Assembly: GCF_000150275.1 (NCBI RefSeq)
Contig: NW_002060958.1
Coordinates: forward strand, 1,258,088-1,322,087
Length of the DNA: 64,000 nt
Direction: 5' to 3'
From: Trichoplax adhaerens
Taxonomy: Eukaryota > Animalia > Placozoa
Under the pieces are notes generated by a model. The model saw only the letters and a list, made by a program, of their open reading frames with translations. It made no database searches and was not told the origin of the DNA. A program made the position numbers and the translations under genes. This document shows positions 59,396 through 64,000 of the stretch, piece after piece; positions within the stretch are counted from its first letter, which is position 1, and each line of letters begins with the position of its first letter.

Positions 59396-62202
59396 ATGGC
59401 TAGTACTAGCATCATAGTTGGCAATCAATCGGAGTTTCACCACTTAATTGAAAAAAATGATAGTCATGAAAGCCAGCATGGTGTTTCATATTTATCATCA
59501 GATCGTAGAAGATATGAAGCCTTCGGCGGAAATTTTAGTACAAGTCAATTCGATCAAGGTTCATTTCAGGTTGATTGCCGTAGCATTCCTTGGCAGGAAT
59601 CTAACTGTTACAATGGTGTTACTCAGCAGAATGCTTTGCAAATGTGTCCAAGAAGCAATTTATCACCTTCAGATCCAATTCTGAATCAACCTGATCCCGC
59701 TAATCATGATGTTTCATATCATCAGCCACCAGTATCGAGAATAATTGACCGTGAATATTCCTATGAATGTAATTCAAAGAACCATTTCGTGAGCCACTAT
59801 AAACCGGAACATCGCCATAGTAATTCATCGAGTCTTAGTTGTAGCACTTTGCAACCAGCAAGCCCATCATCCGATGATTTAAGAACCTCTCAAATGAATA
59901 TTCGAAATATTATTTCTAGTAATACGCAACCAAATGAAAGTTTAAACATCTATCCTGATAGGCATACAGGTAAAAAAGTACTTTATTTATAAAATTAATT
60001 CCAATTTCAGAAATTAATGCAATGATAGATAGTTATACTAATATACTACGACGTTACCTATACATGTCGTTAGTTTTTCACTAGTTTATATTTATCGATA
60101 TTTCGGATGAACTATCCTTAATTGCCTGCTACTTGCTTGCAATCGATGCTTATGGCTTAAAAGATGTAAAGAATCTACTATGTAAAATCAGTAGAAAAGT
60201 AGACGATGACTATCCTAGTCGTTGATTTCTTCTAATGGTAGATTTATAATTATTTTATAGACGGAAAACTGATGCAAAACTCATTTTATAGATATCATTT
60301 TGTACATAAACATCTCGTAACGCTAGATCTAATCGCTTAATTTTCACTCATGCATCTCTTGATCGTTTACTTTCCATCATTAGCTGAATGATGGTTGAAG
60401 CTTAATTAAGTACAAATTTAAACTAAAAATTTTAGTTAAGGCAGTTTAAGGCATAAAAGTTAAAATTTCGTAAATTTGAGAACATCCAATGTTGGAAAGA
60501 ATGTTGCTTCAAGGTGATGATAATTGCTATTATTGCTATATCCTCTCTATGGTGAATAATATCTGTGAGGTATTAGTCATGGGCTAAGAGGAGAATCTAG
60601 TGATCCATGTTTAAACATGCCGATATTGAAGAAGATTTTCCACTAAATGTACGATATGTAAGCATATTGGGTTAGCACATAGATTTATCTATCTACAGTA
60701 TCATCGGTGCGAATTGCCTATTTGCGGTGCGCATAAAGTATCTTCACAACATTAAACTAAGAACTACTATTTGCAGTAAAATTTTGGTGCATGAAATTTG
60801 ATTCTTTTAATTGTTCTTTAATCACTAGATTGAGCTAAATTGACTATCGATTGTAATTAAACGACAAAATAGTAAATTATTCATCATGCTTTACTTGGAT
60901 GTATGCCTTAATATCTGAAAGCCTCAATATTTTCTTGCTATAAAAGACGACATTATATGCCGAAAGTATCGTCTAAGAATAGATACTTGCATAATATTAC
61001 CATCAAACGTACAACATTGGCTATTTTTCACGCAATCTTAAAATTTTTTATATAGCTAATTTTGAATTACACTATTACTACTTTTAAAAGTGATGTAATT
61101 ATGAAAACATTGAATTTTCCCCAATTTGTTATGCCTTTGTTTGCTATTCCTATTTTAAATATAAATTTTCGAAGTAAAACAGAATTTCAAGATTTTACCT
61201 ACATCGCTTCTTTAATTAACAGCGAGGATATTAGAACAAATTAAATAATAGTAAGGATAGCCAGAATAGGATGTCTTTCCTGCTGTTTATATCGTGATGG
61301 AAAAATAACACCTAAATAAATAATCTGCCCGATACAGAACTATTGTCTATACAGTAAAGTCAGAGAAAGCTTTCCAAGAATGATATATTAATTATTTAAT
61401 TATTCGTAAACTGAACTTGTAAACGGATGTTGTTGCCATATTTTGCTAGTCTGACTTTACCTTTAGACGTAGAAATGATCAAATACTTAGATCTAGAGTT
61501 GCTACTGCCGATTTCAGTAGGTAGCTTACAATTACAAATGGAAATACAGATCTTGGTGTAGGTCGCGTGCTTAGTTCTCCTATTACTTAATCGCGAATAA
61601 TGATAAATGGCTATGAGTTCATTAAATTACCAAAACAAAACTTAAGAGCTTATAGATTGTAATAAGATTAAGAAATTCCTACTTTCTATCAAGTAGAATA
61701 TATAATGAAGCTTTGTTACTTTTGTAACACTTAGGATCGACAAAGAAAAGAAGAACTAGAACAAGTTTTTCCCCTGATCAGAAACGAGAATTAACAAATC
61801 GATTCGAAAGTAATCCTTACATCAAATCTAGTGAACGAAGAGCTTTAGCAGCTAAACTTGGTCTTCCTGATAGAGTGGTTAAGAATTACTTTCAAAACAG
61901 GCAAGGATTAATTGACATTATTAGACCCAAACTGTGTAGTGCGGATATAATACAAGATGGCAAGATTTACCTTTCGTTATGAAAATTTGATGATATTGAT
62001 CACCTAGTAAATTTCAATGTGGATTAATTCAATATTATCCGTATAAGTGATTTATGCGTATTACAATATTGAAGAAATATCCTGTTACTAAGCTATAATT
62101 ATAAATTATCATGAAATTTTTGGCTATTGTAGGCGGCTGAAAGATAAAAGATTGAAGCGTTCAGAAAATTTTTACAAACATGGTGGTGCAAACTTTTATT
62201 AA
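59396..62202 (+). CDS. Divergent homeobox protein, probably ANTP class, ~269 aa (exons 59396-59969, 61735-61900, 62133-62202; intron 2 is GC-AG)
   Basis: The Ser/Asn/Gln/Pro-rich exon 1 has a phase-1 donor ACAG|gtaaaa that joins cttag|GA in frame. Spliced homeodomain KRRTRTSFSPDQKRELTNRFESNPYIKSSERRALAAKLGLPDRVVKNYFQNR|RLKDKRLK keeps R5, F8, Q12, L16, F20, Y25, R31, L34, A35, L38, L40, F49, Q50, N51, R53 and K55. Confidence 0.88.
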
Positions 62203-62673
62203 TAGCAGCCTATATGATACAAGTATGTCAATAATATTTTGTCGTTCATAGAGATCTCGACGAAGAATATGATATACGTATCCATTTTTCTGCCATTAGC
62301 AATATTATCTTTATTGCAAACGGAAGATGATTGCAAATTTTATAACCTTCAACAAGTTAGCGATAACTGCTGATAAAATACAACTTTGGGATAAGTAGAA
62401 ACCTTGATGGTTTTCGATGTCTCAATGACTATTTTCGCAATCATTCAAAATTGCGGTATCATCGATTTCTATACATTTAGATTATGATATACTCGTAGAA
62501 CATGTTGCGTTTACGGTATACTGTAATATATAAAATTCAATACATGTTTATGCTATTTATCTAAGCGACGACTCTGTAAACAGATTATTTCTTAACAATT
62601 TTCTCTTTAATTTTACTCGACTGCACCTTTTCCTTTTTATATTCTCCACTATTATTATAATTAACAGTCGTAA

Positions 62674-63162
62674 TGTAGTATTTACTTCTAAATACAGTAT
62701 AGTCTATTATAAGTAAAAGTATTAGTTTGCACTAGACTGTAGCATAATTCTAAAACAGTAACTTAACTCTAAATATGCATGATCTATGTTTAACAATTTA
62801 CTCTGTGAAAGTATCTTCTACTCTAGGTAACTTATACCGTAGCACTAGCTTAACATACAAGTAACCTATTTTCATAAATCATTCGCGCCTTTAAATAATT
62901 TCCTCCCGCTGTGGCCCTAACAATATAAAAGCTATCTTCTTTCGCCTATCGCGTTATGTAGTTCTGGTAGTTACACGGTAAGCTTGCACGCTTTACCGAT
63001 TCTACCCTACTATAGTTGTTCGACTAGTTACATCGTTACTCGCACGATAATCTTACGCGATTATTCTCTTATACTGGCTCAATAAAGGCTACTCTTCCGC
63101 TAACTATTCTATTGCACTTTATTGCGACTAATGCCGAACTCTCAACCTTCTGAAACATCACA
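62674..63162 (+). mobile_element. Candidate solo LTR of a second family (~489 bp)
   Basis: TGTAGT…ATCACA termini, TATAAAAG at 62924, tcAATAAAg at 63081, CpG-rich 3' half, and flanks CGTAA/CATAA (5-bp TSD with one transition). Single copy in this window. Confidence 0.4.
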
Positions 63163-64000
63163 CATAACGTCAGCGCGATTATAGTCACATAATTATAGAA
63201 TTTACGGTTTAAGAAAGTAAAGTATGGCAACCGTAGTTTAATTTTTACCTTCCCAGCAAATCTATATCATAGACTGATATTATTCAGAATTATCTTTTTG
63301 TAACGCCAGTTTCTAAACCAGTAGATCAACCTGAGTTTCATTTAGTGATAGCTTTCCGTGCATAATTATAGCATTGTTAATTATAAGTTATTTAAAATCG
63401 AGTAATTTGTCAAATGATACAATTTATCTTAACCAATAGTACGAACAAAATATGCTGTTCTTGAGTGTTTCAGATTATGTTCGCTAGATTTCGCTAATGC
63501 TTTACATCTCGTGTGTAAGAGCTGAATGCTTTCGAAATCTATTAATATATTTTATTAATCATCACTAGGATATAAAATTTATTGCACCGGTAAAGAAAAA
63601 TAAAGTACAATACTTGATCTAATATGCTGTATCTTTAGATTTAGTTTATCATATTACGATAATAATTACACCTTTACCTACATAATGAAATCTACTTAAC
63701 ATGTACGGTACTTAGCCCTGTAACAAGCACCTCAATTGATCTCAATCATATTATTCATATGCGTAATTCTAAGTTTGATGATATACGGAATCTCATCTAT
63801 TAAGGCGGTAAAAAATATATAAGTATAGTAGCTACCGCGAACAATAGAAATCATTCTCTCTCAGTGATAGATTCAGTTTGTTACGTTTTCAAATTTTAAT
63901 ACTGTAAAGCATAGCCGGAATAGATTATTAAGTAACGAATCAGGACATAAGAATGGTTATTATGTAGTAAATATAAGGTGTAGAATGATGCCATAAATAA

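Overview
AT-rich eukaryotic animal genomic DNA with short GT-AG introns. Gene content and style suggest a placozoan (Trichoplax-like), which is inference. The left third is gene-dense: NIFK/Nop15 (minus strand, runs off the window start), MDH1B, a many-exon CLASP and COPZ (coatomer zeta). Tandem repeats and low-complexity DNA sit in NIFK intron 1 and between CLASP and COPZ. The right two-thirds is a gene-poor landscape holding only two same-strand homeobox genes. One is a clear Mnx with an eh1 exon, an 8.1-kb intron and a homeodomain exon. The other lies 13 kb downstream and is highly divergent; the ORF track misses its homeobox. Its homeodomain is completed only by a non-canonical GC-AG intron inside helix 3, giving NYFQNR|RLKDKR (W48->Y plus an Evx/Rough-type KDKR end). 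The flanking genes have human orthologues in the Hox paralogon, so the window looks like an ancestral Hox/extended-Hox neighbourhood. Solo-LTR-like elements and an older inverted repeat pair bracket Mnx. All gene models were spliced by eye and no searches were run.
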